Source of the DNA: an uncultured Actinomycetes bacterium
GTDB lineage: Bacteria > Actinomycetota > Actinomycetes > Acidothermales > Acidothermaceae
NCBI GenBank assembly: GCA_963782965.1
Contig: CAWALV010000002.1
Location: 737,529-777,528, forward strand
DNA length: 40,000 nt
Reading direction: 5' to 3'
Positions 27,498-35,866 of this stretch are shown here, piece after piece (within the stretch, counting starts at the first letter, position 1; each line of letters opens with the position of its first letter). The position numbers were made by a program, and so were the translations under genes. Under the pieces are notes generated by a model. The model ran no database searches, was not told where the DNA came from, and worked only from the letters and a program-made list of their open reading frames with translations.

Positions 27498-27976
27498 AGC
27501 CGACCCGCATTTCCGTACTCGTTGCATCAGCCGTGCTGGTGGGCGTGGTCAGCTGGCTCGTCGTCCAGCAGGCGTACGACTCGCTGCCACCGCTGTCGAG
27601 CTACGGGCCGATCACCCTCGGCTTGCTCGCCATCGCCGAGTTCGGGTTCGCGCTGTCGATCCGGCGCCGGTTGCGCAACCCCGCCCCCGGCCACCGGCTG
27701 GAGCCGCTGTTCGTACTCCGGCTGGCCGTACTGGCGAAGGCGAGCAGTCACGCCGCCGCCGTCGTGGCGGGCGTGTACGCGGGATTCCTCGGCTACACGC
27801 TGCCGAACTCCGGGAAGGGCCGAATCACCACCGACACTCGGGCGAGCGCGATCAGTTTGGGCGTTTCCCTCGCCCTCGTCGCGGCTGCACTGTTCTTGGA
27901 GTACAGCTGCCGGGTGCCTCGCCCGCCCGAGGATCGCGACGCCGACCATGCCGGCAGCGGCACGCGGTTCAGCTGA
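27494..27976 (+). CDS. DUF3180-type small membrane protein (Rv3605c-like, conserved after folK)
   Basis: 160 aa with 4 predicted TM segments. GTGA overlap with the folK stop. It occupies the conserved position downstream of folK in actinobacteria. Confidence 0.65.
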   Translation: MKPTRISVLVASAVLVGVVSWLVVQQAYDSLPPLSSYGPITLGLLAIAEFGFALSIRRRLRNPAPGHRLEPLFVLRLAVLAKASSHAAAVVAGVYAGFLGYTLPNSGKGRITTDTRASAISLGVSLALVAAALFLEYSCRVPRPPEDRDADHAGSGTRFS

Positions 27977-27982
27977 ACCGCG
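27963..27982. repeat. perfect 20-bp palindrome CGCGGTTCAGCTGAACCGCG (left copy of an 18-bp repeat)
   Basis: Read directly from the sequence. It contains the TGA stop (27974-27976) of the DUF3180 gene. Its first 18 nt are identical to 29920-29937. Confidence 0.95.
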
Positions 27983-28103
27983 CCTCCTTGCCGCAGCCGC
28001 ACCCGACCCGATCAGCATCGAAGAAGCGGCCGGACGCCGTCGCCGCCTAGCCTGGTGACGACAGTCGGCGTCGCCGAGAGCTCAGCGTTGAAAGGCAGCC
28101 GCT

Positions 28104-28541
28104 ATGCCCGCGAAGACTTCGAAGACCAAGCCGGAGAGCTTCAGCGCAGAGGAGCGCGCCGCGATGAAGCAGCGGGCCGCCGAGCTGAAGGCCGAGGCCA
28201 AGAAGGCCGATGGCCTGCAAGCGGTGCTCGATGCCATCGCAGGGATGGCGCCGGAAGACCGCAAGCTGGCCGAGCACGTACACAAGGCGATCACCAAGGC
28301 CGCGCCGGAGCTTGCGCCGAAAACCTGGTACGGGATGCCCGCCTACGCGAACGCCGATGGCAAGGTGGTCGTCTTCTTCCAGGATGCGGGCAAGTTCAAG
28401 TACCGCTATTCGACGCTGGGCTTTCAGGAGGCAGCCAACCTCGACGACGGCGACATCTGGCCCGTGGCGTACGCGCTCCAGAAGTGGAGCCCCGCGGTGG
28501 AGAAGAAGGTCATCGGATTAGTCAGGGCCGCCCTTTCCTGA
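28104..28541 (+). CDS. DUF1801 (YdhG-like) domain protein
   Basis: 145 aa. Lys/Ala-rich N-terminus, then WYGMPAYANADGKVVVFFQDAGKFKYRYSTLGF, which matches my memory of the YdhG-like/DUF1801 fold family. GAAAGG lies 10 nt upstream of the ATG. Confidence 0.6.
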   Translation: MPAKTSKTKPESFSAEERAAMKQRAAELKAEAKKADGLQAVLDAIAGMAPEDRKLAEHVHKAITKAAPELAPKTWYGMPAYANADGKVVVFFQDAGKFKYRYSTLGFQEAANLDDGDIWPVAYALQKWSPAVEKKVIGLVRAALS

Positions 28542-29879
28542 TGCGGCAGCCGCTCGTCGCGACGGAGCCGGGTTGTTGCGTTCGGCGTATCGGTGTTGCG
28601 CGAGTACCGCAACCGCGTAGTGGCGATCGAGCCTTTCGCCTCTCCATCTCGTCGTCGCTGCACCGGCCGCGACGCCCGGGTACTCGCGGTGGACTGACGA
28701 CGGGTCGGGCTTGGCCTCAGGCCCCGGCGGCATGGGCGCGGTCGGTACGGGCGTGCCGTCGGCGAGGGTGAACGTGAAGTTGGCGCCGCCGCTCGTGCCG
28801 ATCGCGTAGACGCCGTCGTGGTGTGCAGCGTGGTGCGGGCGGCACAACAAGACGAGGTTGTCCATGTCCGTGCGGCCGCCCTCGATCCAGTGGACGCGGT
28901 GATGCGCATGCAAATCGCGCGTGTTGCTGCACCCGGGATAGGCGCAGTGGCCGCCGTGCCTGATCAGCAACGCCCGGTACTGCCGCTCGGTGACCAGGCG
29001 GTGTGATCGCCCCACGTCGAGCACGGTTCCGGCACCGTCGCGCAGCACAGTTCGAATCCGGCCCGCGCACAGTAGGCGTTTCACGACGTGCGGTGGCAGT
29101 CCAGGCCCGTTCGCGATTCGTGCCGGCGGCGCGCCAGGGAGCTGGTCTGCCTGAAGATGGACGACGACTGCTGCGTGCTCGTCGTCGCGCAACTCGCGCG
29201 GCCGGCGTGGTTGCTCGCCTTCGCGGTCGTTGAGCGCGGCCAGTCCGATCTCGGCCAGGCGCACGAGCGCATCGGTTTCGGACAGGGCCTCTGCCTGTGC
29301 GACTTTCTTGACGGCGGCTGCGACGAGAGAACCGCGCTCGGGATCGAGTCGAGCGCTCAGCCGCCAGGTCGAGTCGTCGTTCCATGCGTACCGCACGTAC
29401 TCGCGCTCATCGCGGGAACCGGGATTCTCGGCGTCCTCGACCGTGCGCAGGCCGCGCACGACCGTCTCGAGGTGGCCGACAGTCCCGTGCTCGGCTACAT
29501 CGATGAGGTGGTCGACGAGTTGATGCTCGGCGGGCTTTGCGCACCGACTGATCGCGCGCGCGTGCGAGTAGGAAAGCCGACCCGCCGTCATTTCCGCCGC
29601 CAGCCTTTCGTGAGCGGCCAGCGCGCGGGCCACCCGGACGTGGTCGCGGGCCGTTCGCGCTGCGAGCCCGCACGAGTAGGACAGCCAGTGCGCGGTCGAG
29701 GGAAAGCCGAAACGAACGAAGGCCTGGCGGCCGTCGAACTCGGCGATCAGCAACAGCCAGTGACACGTCGCCGCGGACAGCTTGCCCGCGTAGGCGATGA
29801 TGCGCTCACCGAGCTCGTCGATATTGGGCTCGCCGATGGAGTTGCACGCGGGCTTGGTGGGAGTCGATTCGATCGTCAT
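28518..29879 (-). CDS. HNH endonuclease with N-terminal DUF222 domain (REP13E12-like family)
   Basis: C-terminal HNH motif GHCAYPGCSNTRDLHAHHRVHWIEGGRTDMDNLVLLCRPHHAAHHDG. The long helical N-terminal region is typical of the actinobacterial DUF222 family. The 3' end overlaps the DUF1801 gene by 24 nt. Confidence 0.85.
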   Translation of the reverse strand: MTIESTPTKPACNSIGEPNIDELGERIIAYAGKLSAATCHWLLLIAEFDGRQAFVRFGFPSTAHWLSYSCGLAARTARDHVRVARALAAHERLAAEMTAGRLSYSHARAISRCAKPAEHQLVDHLIDVAEHGTVGHLETVVRGLRTVEDAENPGSRDEREYVRYAWNDDSTWRLSARLDPERGSLVAAAVKKVAQAEALSETDALVRLAEIGLAALNDREGEQPRRPRELRDDEHAAVVVHLQADQLPGAPPARIANGPGLPPHVVKRLLCAGRIRTVLRDGAGTVLDVGRSHRLVTERQYRALLIRHGGHCAYPGCSNTRDLHAHHRVHWIEGGRTDMDNLVLLCRPHHAAHHDGVYAIGTSGGANFTFTLADGTPVPTAPMPPGPEAKPDPSSVHREYPGVAAGAATTRWRGERLDRHYAVAVLAQHRYAERNNPAPSRRAAAASGKGGPD

Positions 29880-29919
29880 GCCGGGACGCTAACCACGCCC
29901 GGTGACCCTTTCTCGGTTT

Positions 29920-29937
29920 CGCGGTTCAGCTGAACCG
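29920..29937. repeat. right copy of the 18-bp repeat CGCGGTTCAGCTGAACCG (16-bp palindromic core at 29922-29937)
   Basis: Read directly from the sequence. It lies in the 125-bp divergent spacer between the HNH gene start and the YdbS-like gene start. Confidence 0.95.
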
Positions 29938-30004
29938 TCGCTGTGGAAAGGTCTGGTGCTTCCAGACGCACCTGTCGACGCCACCGCTCGGCTAACCTGC
30001 CGGT

Positions 30005-30508
30005 ATGGACTCGTCGGTGATGGCGCATGTGTTCGCACCGCCGGAGCACAGCTGGGTGCGGGTTTCACCAAAGCTGCCTGCGATGCGGCGGAGCGTGCTC
30101 CTCGCTTTCGCGTCGCTGGTGGCCGTCGCGCTGCTCGCGGCAGCGCTGGCCGGTGGCGCGGCGCTCGTCGCGGTGATCGGCGTCCCGCTTGTCGTTGTGC
30201 TTGCCGGTGCGGCGTACGTCGCGATCGGCCGCAACTACCTGTCGTGGGGATACGCCGAGCGCGCAGAGGACCTGCTCGTCACCCGCGGTGTGATGTTTCG
30301 CCGGCTCGTCGTCGTCCCGTACGGGCGCATGCAGCTGGTCGACGTCGTCGCCGGGCCGATCGAGCGGGCGTTCGGGATCGCGACCGTGCGGTTGCACACC
30401 GCCGCGGCCGGCACCGAGGCGCACGTTCGCGGGTTGTTACCGGACGAGGCCGCCCGGCTGCGCGACCGGCTGACCGCGCTGGGCGAAGCTCGTTCGGCGG
30501 GGTTGTGA
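30005..30508 (+). CDS. YdbS-like membrane protein with a single bacterial PH domain (bPH_2/DUF304)
   Basis: Two N-terminal TM segments, then YLSWGYAERAEDLLVTRGVMFRRLVVVPYGRMQLVDVVAGPIERAFGIATVRLHTA, which matches the bPH_2 pattern. Confidence 0.7.
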   Translation: MDSSVMAHVFAPPEHSWVRVSPKLPAMRRSVLLAFASLVAVALLAAALAGGAALVAVIGVPLVVVLAGAAYVAIGRNYLSWGYAERAEDLLVTRGVMFRRLVVVPYGRMQLVDVVAGPIERAFGIATVRLHTAAAGTEAHVRGLLPDEAARLRDRLTALGEARSAGL

Positions 30509-31863
30509 CCGCCGAGGTCGACTCGAGTCCGCAGCTGCCCGCCCGGGCGCGCAGTGGCCGGCTCCATCCGCTCTCGCCGATCGTGCGCGCGGGCCGCGTG
30601 CTCGTGTCGCTCGCCGCCGTCGTCGTATACAACCTTCGCAGCGTCCACGAGTTCGGACGCTGGCTGCTGCCCGTCGCAGCCGGCATTTTCGTGCTCGCCG
30701 TCATCGGCGGCTACGTGTCCTGGGCGTTTCGGCGGTACCACATCGCGGACGGCGACGTGCGGGTCGAATCCGGCGTGCTGGTGCGGCGGTCGCGTCGCGT
30801 TCGGATCGACCGGTTGCAGGCGATCGACATCGTGCAGCCGCTTTTCGCACGGGCGCTCGGTCTCGCCGAACTGAAGCTCGACATGGCGGGCGGCGAGCAC
30901 GGGCGCGTTGCGCTGGCCTACCTGCCGTTGCATGAGGCGCAGGCGTTACGCGCTTCGCTGCTGGCGATGGCGGCCGGTCTCGACCATCGCACACCGGAGG
31001 CGCCCGAGCAGGCGCTGGCCAAGTGCAGCGGGGGCGCGATCGTGGGTGGTGCGCTGCTGTCGACGCCGAACCTGTTCGGTCTCGCAGTCGTCGTCGCGAT
31101 TCTCGTCGTGGCGGTGGTCACGCGCGTGCCGGGGTTGGCGGCGGGCTTGCTCGCACCGGTCATCGCCATCGGTGCCGGAGTCTGGCGGGAAATCCAACTG
31201 CACTTCGGCTTCTCGGTGGCCGATTCGCCCGACGGGGTGCGGCTTCGGCACGGGCTGTTCGAGACCAGAGCGCAGACCGTGCCACCTGGGCGCGTGCAGG
31301 CCATCCGCATCGTGCAGCCGCTGCTGTGGCGCCCGTTCGGCTGGGTGCGGCTCGAATCCAACATCGCCGGTTACGCGGGCCACCGCGCGAACGAAGGCGA
31401 GCACCACAACTCCACGCTGTTGGCGGTCGGCAGCCGTGACCAAGCTTTGCTCGTCCTCAGCCGCGTCTTGCCGGGGATCGACGTCGACGCCGTAAGTCTG
31501 AGCCGCGTGCCGGCCCGGGCCTGGGTTCGCTCGCCGTTGCGGTGGTGGACGTTTCGCGCCGGCGCCGACGAGCACCTGTTCGTCACGAAGAGCGGCTGGC
31601 TCACCCGATCGTTCGTCGCCATCCGCCACGAGAAGGTGCAGAGCGTGCGGTTGTCGGTCGGCCCCATCGAGCGCCTGCTCGGCCTCGGCACCGTCGAGCT
31701 GCACTCGACGAAGGGTCCGGCCCGGGTCGTGGCAGAAGGGCGCGATGCGACCGAAGCCCGGGCGATGCTCGACACCGAGGCGCAACGGGCGCGGCACGGC
31801 CGGGCGAGCGCGGCACCGGAGCGCTGGATGCTCGCGTCACGACCGGAGCCCGCCACCGGCTGA
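30505..31863 (+). CDS. YdbT-like membrane protein with three bPH_2 (DUF304) repeats
   Basis: GTGA overlap with the upstream gene. There are three repeats of the pattern R(Y/F)..x..G.L.RR...V...R.Q...(V/I)...P..R..GL..(L/V), e.g. IDRLQAIDIVQPLFARALGLAELKL, PPGRVQAIRIVQPLLWRPFGWVRLE and RHEKVQSVRLSVGPIERLLGLGTVEL. They are separated by TM hairpins. The track ORF from 29902 is an upstream extension. Confidence 0.7.
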   Translation: MTAEVDSSPQLPARARSGRLHPLSPIVRAGRVLVSLAAVVVYNLRSVHEFGRWLLPVAAGIFVLAVIGGYVSWAFRRYHIADGDVRVESGVLVRRSRRVRIDRLQAIDIVQPLFARALGLAELKLDMAGGEHGRVALAYLPLHEAQALRASLLAMAAGLDHRTPEAPEQALAKCSGGAIVGGALLSTPNLFGLAVVVAILVVAVVTRVPGLAAGLLAPVIAIGAGVWREIQLHFGFSVADSPDGVRLRHGLFETRAQTVPPGRVQAIRIVQPLLWRPFGWVRLESNIAGYAGHRANEGEHHNSTLLAVGSRDQALLVLSRVLPGIDVDAVSLSRVPARAWVRSPLRWWTFRAGADEHLFVTKSGWLTRSFVAIRHEKVQSVRLSVGPIERLLGLGTVELHSTKGPARVVAEGRDATEARAMLDTEAQRARHGRASAAPERWMLASRPEPATG

Positions 31864-31940
31864 CCGGCGCTGACCGGCGCTGACCAGCGCGGTGACCAGC
31901 GCGGTGACCAGCGCGGTGACCAGCGCGGTGACCAGCGCGG
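31861..31940. repeat. intergenic minisatellite: (TGACCGGCGC)x2 followed by (TGACCAGCGCGG)x5
   Basis: Read directly from the sequence. It begins exactly at the TGA stop of the YdbT-like gene. All copies are perfect, and a degenerate sixth unit (TGAGCGCCGT) follows. Confidence 0.95.
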
Positions 31941-32012
31941 TGAGCGCCGTTGGCGGCGGCCAAGTACGCTCGGGTACGTCCGGTACCCCTGCGAGGACTG
32001 GAACACGTCCAT

Positions 32013-32924
32013 ATGAGCCCTCACGCCCCGGCGCCCAGTGAGCGCCCCGGTCGGCTGCGCGTCGGCATCGTCGGTGCCGGTCGCGTCGGCGCGGTGCTCG
32101 GCGCTGCGCTGCGGACTGCCGGTCACCAGGTCGTCGCCGTCTCGGCGGTGTCGCAGCCGTCGCTCGCTCGGGCGCAGGCGTTGCTGCCCGGCGTCCCTGT
32201 CCGTCGTCCCGACGAGATCGGTCCGGACGCCGACCTGCTGCTGCTCGCCGTTCCCGACGACGTCTTGTCCGGGCTGCTGGAGGGCCTCGTCAACGCCGGC
32301 GCGATACGTGGCGGGCAGTTCGTCGTGCACACGAGTGGGCGGTTCGGCGTAGGCGTGCTCGACGCGGCTACGGCGAGCGGCGCGCTGCCGCTGGCGTTGC
32401 ATCCCGCGATGACGTTCACCGGAACTACGGTCGATCTCGACCGGCTCGGTGGTGTGTGCTTCGGCGTCACGGCACCGGCCGCGCTACGGGCCGTTGCTGA
32501 GACGCTGGTGCTCGAGATGGGCGGCGACCCGGTCTGGATCGAAGAGAGCGACCGAGTTCTCTACCATGCCGCGCTCGCCCACGGCGCCAACCATCTCGTG
32601 ACGCTGGTCGCGTCGTCCATGCAACTCCTGGGGTCTATCGGGGTACCCGACCCGCAACGGATGCTCGGCCCGTTGCTCTCGGCCGCACTCGACAACGCGT
32701 TGCGGTTCGCCGACGCCGGGCTCACCGGCCCGGTCGCCCGCGGCGACGCCGAGACGCTGCGCGCTCACCTCGACGCGCTGACCGCCGTCGCGCCGGAAAT
32801 CGCGGCCGCCTACCTCGCGATGGCGCGGCTTACCGCCGATCGAGCGCTTGCCGCCGGATTGCTGTCGGCGGAAAGCGCGGCGAATCTGCTCGGTGTGCTC
32901 ACCTCGGGCGAGGGCGGCCGATGA
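32013..32924 (+). CDS. Rossmann-fold oxidoreductase-like protein with DUF2520 C-terminal domain (Rv3603c-like)
   Basis: N-terminal dinucleotide-binding motif [15 protein letters not shown]. It occupies the conserved position immediately upstream of panC, with an ATGA overlap. The start is ATG 32013; the track start at 31950 is a TTG inside the repeat-flank region. Confidence 0.6.
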   Translation: MSPHAPAPSERPGRLRVGIVGAGRVGAVLGAALRTAGHQVVAVSAVSQPSLARAQALLPGVPVRRPDEIGPDADLLLLAVPDDVLSGLLEGLVNAGAIRGGQFVVHTSGRFGVGVLDAATASGALPLALHPAMTFTGTTVDLDRLGGVCFGVTAPAALRAVAETLVLEMGGDPVWIEESDRVLYHAALAHGANHLVTLVASSMQLLGSIGVPDPQRMLGPLLSAALDNALRFADAGLTGPVARGDAETLRAHLDALTAVAPEIAAAYLAMARLTADRALAAGLLSAESAANLLGVLTSGEGGR

Positions 32925-33775
32925 CGATCCCGGTCGCGCGCACGCTCGACGAACTCGACGCGCTCCGGCAGCAGTTGCCGGGGCAGGTCGTCGTGGTGCC
33001 GACGATGGGCGCCTTGCACGAGGGTCACCGCTCGCTCATCCGACTCGCGAAGGAAACCGCCGAAAGCGTGGTGGTGACCGTCTTCGTGAACCCGCTGCAG
33101 TTCGGACCCGCCGAAGACTTGGGCCGCTACCCGCGAACGCTCGACGCAGACGTCGCGATGTGCGAGGAGGAAGGCGTCTCGCTCGTGTTCGCGCCGGCGG
33201 TCGAGGTCATGTACCCGCGACCGCAGCTCGTGCAGGTCTGTGCCGGCCCGATGGCGGAGCGGTTCGAAGGCGCCGCGCGGCCGGGCCATTTCGACGGTGT
33301 GCTGACCGTCGTGGCCAAGCTCTTCCACGTGGTTCGCCCAGACGTCGCGGTGTTCGGTCAAAAAGACGCTCAACAGCTGGCACTCGTGCGCCGCATGGTC
33401 GGTGATCTGGCGCTTCCGGTCCGAGTCGTCGCCGCGCCGGTTGTCCGCGACGCCGACGGGTTGGCCACGTCGAGTCGAAACCGCTATCTCGGACCGGTTG
33501 AGCGCGAGCGTGCGCTTGCCCTGTCCCGCGCACTCCACGCCGCCGCCCACGCCGCGGCCACCGGCGCCACGGCGGCCGGTGTCGTCGTCGCCGCCAGGGC
33601 CGTCTTCGCGGCGTCCGACGTCGTCCCCGATTACGTGGCGCTCGTCGACCCGGAGACGTTCGAGCCGCTGACCGACGCCCGCGACGAAGCGCTGCTCGTC
33701 GTGGCGGCGAAGGTGGGGACGACGCGGCTGATCGACAACCTGATGCTTGCGTTCCCGCGTGAAGGAGGCGGCTGA
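32921..33775 (+). CDS. panC: pantoate--beta-alanine ligase
   Basis: [15 protein letters not shown] (HIGH-like), VSIFVNPLQF-like [33 protein letters not shown]. Confidence 0.95.
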   Translation: MTIPVARTLDELDALRQQLPGQVVVVPTMGALHEGHRSLIRLAKETAESVVVTVFVNPLQFGPAEDLGRYPRTLDADVAMCEEEGVSLVFAPAVEVMYPRPQLVQVCAGPMAERFEGAARPGHFDGVLTVVAKLFHVVRPDVAVFGQKDAQQLALVRRMVGDLALPVRVVAAPVVRDADGLATSSRNRYLGPVERERALALSRALHAAAHAAATGATAAGVVVAARAVFAASDVVPDYVALVDPETFEPLTDARDEALLVVAAKVGTTRLIDNLMLAFPREGGG

Positions 33776-33776
33776 C

Positions 33777-34199
33777 GTGCTGCGCACGATGCTGAAGTCG
33801 AAGATCCATCGGGCGACCGTGACCCGGGCCGACCTCCACTACGTCGGTTCGATCACCCTCGACCAGGACCTGATGGACGCCGCCGACCTGCTGCCCGGTG
33901 AGCTCGTCGCGATCGCCGACATCGACAACGGCAACCGCTTGGAGACCTACGTCATCGCCGGCGAGCGGGGTTCGGGTGTGGTGGGCGTCAACGGGGCGGC
34001 CGCCCGGCTCGTGCACGAGGGCGATCTGGTCATCGTCATGTCCTACGCACAGGTCGACGACGCGGAGGCGCGCAGTCTCGAGCCGCGCGTCGTCTTCGTC
34101 GACACCGCCAACGCCATCATCGGCACCGGTGCCGACCCGGCCGACGCCCTGCCGCTCGGCGGATCGCACACCGGTCTCGTCGACGGGCGCGCCACGTGA
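33777..34199 (+). CDS. panD: aspartate 1-decarboxylase
   Basis: [28 protein letters not shown] contains the G-S self-cleavage site, followed by [13 protein letters not shown] at 33777 is preceded by GAAGGAGG (33761-33768). Confidence 0.93.
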   Translation: MLRTMLKSKIHRATVTRADLHYVGSITLDQDLMDAADLLPGELVAIADIDNGNRLETYVIAGERGSGVVGVNGAAARLVHEGDLVIVMSYAQVDDAEARSLEPRVVFVDTANAIIGTGADPADALPLGGSHTGLVDGRAT

Positions 34200-35866
34200 C
34201 GGTCTCCGCACCGGTGCCCGGGGTGGACGCGCTCGGCGTCGTCCGCCGGCTCGCCGCGCCCGCACCGGGCTGGACGGCGCGTGCCGACGTCGTCGTCGTC
34301 GGGAGCGGCATCGCCGGCCTGACGACGGCGTTGCGCGCCCGCCGAGCCGGTCGGGTGCTGCTGGTGACGAAGACCGAGCTCGACGCCGGTTCCACCCGCT
34401 GGGCGCAAGGCGGTATCGCGGCCGCACTCGGGCCGGGCGACAGTCCCGACCACCACCTGCGCGACACGCTCGTCGCCGGTGCCGGCCTGTGCGACGAGGA
34501 AGCCGTGTCGGTGCTCGTGCACGAGGGGCCTTCGCTGGTCCGCGAACTCGTCGCGCTCGGCACCAACTTCGACCTCGACCACGCCGGCGGGCTCGCGCTA
34601 ACCCGCGAGGGTGGTCACCTGCACGACCGCATCGCCCATGCCGGTGGCGACGCCACCGGCGCCGAGATCGAACGCGCCCTCATCGCCGCCGTCCGGGCCA
34701 CCGAGGGCATCGAGATCATCGAGCACGCGCTGGTGCTCGACCTGCTCAAGTCCGGCGACGGGCGGGCCTGCGGCGTGACGCTGCACGTGATCGGTGAGGG
34801 CCGGCGCGATGGCGTCGGTGCCGCGTTGGGCCGGGCCGTGGTGCTCGCCACCGGCGGCCTCGGGCAGGTCTTCGCGGCAACCACCAACCCGCCCGTCGCG
34901 ACCGGCGACGGCGTCGCGCTCGCGCTGCGCGCCGGTGCGCAGGTCGTCGACCTGGAGTTCGTGCAGTTCCATCCCACCGTGCTGTGGCTGGGTCCGGCAG
35001 CCGCGGGGCAACAACCGTTGATCTCGGAGGCTGTTCGGGGCGAAGGTGCCGTACTCCTCGACGTCCACGGTGAGCGGTTCATGCTCGGCCAGCACGCGCT
35101 CGCCGAACTGGCACCGCGTTACGTCGTGGCACAGGCGATCGTTCGGCAACTGCGCAAGACCGGCGCCGACCACGTCTTGCTCGACGCCAGGGGAGTGGCC
35201 GACTTCGAGACCCGCTTCCCGAACATCACGGCGTCCTGCCGGTCCTACGGCATCGACCCGGTGACGACGCCGATTCCCGTCGTCCCCGGCGCGCATCACG
35301 CGAGTGGCGGGGTGCGTACGGACCTGTTCGGGCGATCGAGTGTTCCCGGGCTCTACGCCTGCGGGGAGGTCGCGTGCACCGGCGTGCACGGCGCGAACCG
35401 GCTCGCGTCCAACAGCTTGCTCGAAGGTCTTGTCTTCGCAGCTCGCATCGGCGAGGACCTCGTGCGGTCGTTGCCGTCGCCGCGCGACCCGGTCGACGAC
35501 GCAGTGCCGGCCGGTCTGTTCGAACCGCAGGTTGCCGTCGACGTGCGGCAGGCGATGACGGCAGGCGCGGGGGTGTTGCGTAACGCTGACGGGCTGGCCC
35601 GCGGTGCGGGCGAACTCGCCGCGCTGCAGCCGGGAGACGCACAGCCGTGCGTCGCCGCGTGGGAGGCGACCAACCTGCACACGGTGGCGAGCGCGCTGGT
35701 CGTCGCTGCCCGGTTGCGTGAGGAGACCCGCGGGTGCCATTGGCGGGAAGACCACCCCGAGCCCTCGCAGCGGTGGCGTGGGCACCTCGTCACGACCTTG
35801 CTGGACGACGGCGTGCTGGCGGCCGAGTTCGTCGACGAACCCGTGACCCAGGTCGGGGTCTCGTGA
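34196..35866 (+). CDS. nadB: L-aspartate oxidase
   Basis: FAD motif [15 protein letters not shown], plus [49 protein letters not shown] overlap with the panD stop. Confidence 0.93.
   Translation: MTVSAPVPGVDALGVVRRLAAPAPGWTARADVVVVGSGIAGLTTALRARRAGRVLLVTKTELDAGSTRWAQGGIAAALGPGDSPDHHLRDTLVAGAGLCDEEAVSVLVHEGPSLVRELVALGTNFDLDHAGGLALTREGGHLHDRIAHAGGDATGAEIERALIAAVRATEGIEIIEHALVLDLLKSGDGRACGVTLHVIGEGRRDGVGAALGRAVVLATGGLGQVFAATTNPPVATGDGVALALRAGAQVVDLEFVQFHPTVLWLGPAAAGQQPLISEAVRGEGAVLLDVHGERFMLGQHALAELAPRYVVAQAIVRQLRKTGADHVLLDARGVADFETRFPNITASCRSYGIDPVTTPIPVVPGAHHASGGVRTDLFGRSSVPGLYACGEVACTGVHGANRLASNSLLEGLVFAARIGEDLVRSLPSPRDPVDDAVPAGLFEPQVAVDVRQAMTAGAGVLRNADGLARGAGELAALQPGDAQPCVAAWEATNLHTVASALVVAARLREETRGCHWREDHPEPSQRWRGHLVTTLLDDGVLAAEFVDEPVTQVGVS

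Larger units (their letters stand above)
27963..29937. mobile_element. candidate inserted cassette (DUF1801 gene plus DUF222/HNH endonuclease gene) bracketed by identical 18-bp palindromic repeats
   Basis: CGCGGTTCAGCTGAACCG occurs at 27963-27980 and 29920-29937 and nowhere else that I can see in the window. The enclosed genes interrupt the otherwise conserved folK-DUF3180-PH-domain-panC order. HNH/DUF222 (REP13E12-type) genes are multicopy elements in actinobacteria. Confidence 0.35.

Noticed and set aside
27963-27982. Reading the left palindrome simply as the intrinsic terminator of the fol operon
   Set aside because: This is not fully rejected. An 8-bp stem with an AGCU loop could form, but there is no U-tract. 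The identical copy at 29920 sits upstream of both neighbouring genes, where a terminator makes no sense, so a terminator-only explanation is insufficient.
31861-31940. Possible CRISPR array or coding repeat (the minus-strand ORF 31371-32402 reads SPRWSPRW...)
   Set aside because: The units are 10-12 bp and directly abutting with no spacers, so this is not CRISPR. The minus-strand ORF is antisense to the YdbT-like and DUF2520 genes and lacks any protein-like features outside the repeat.
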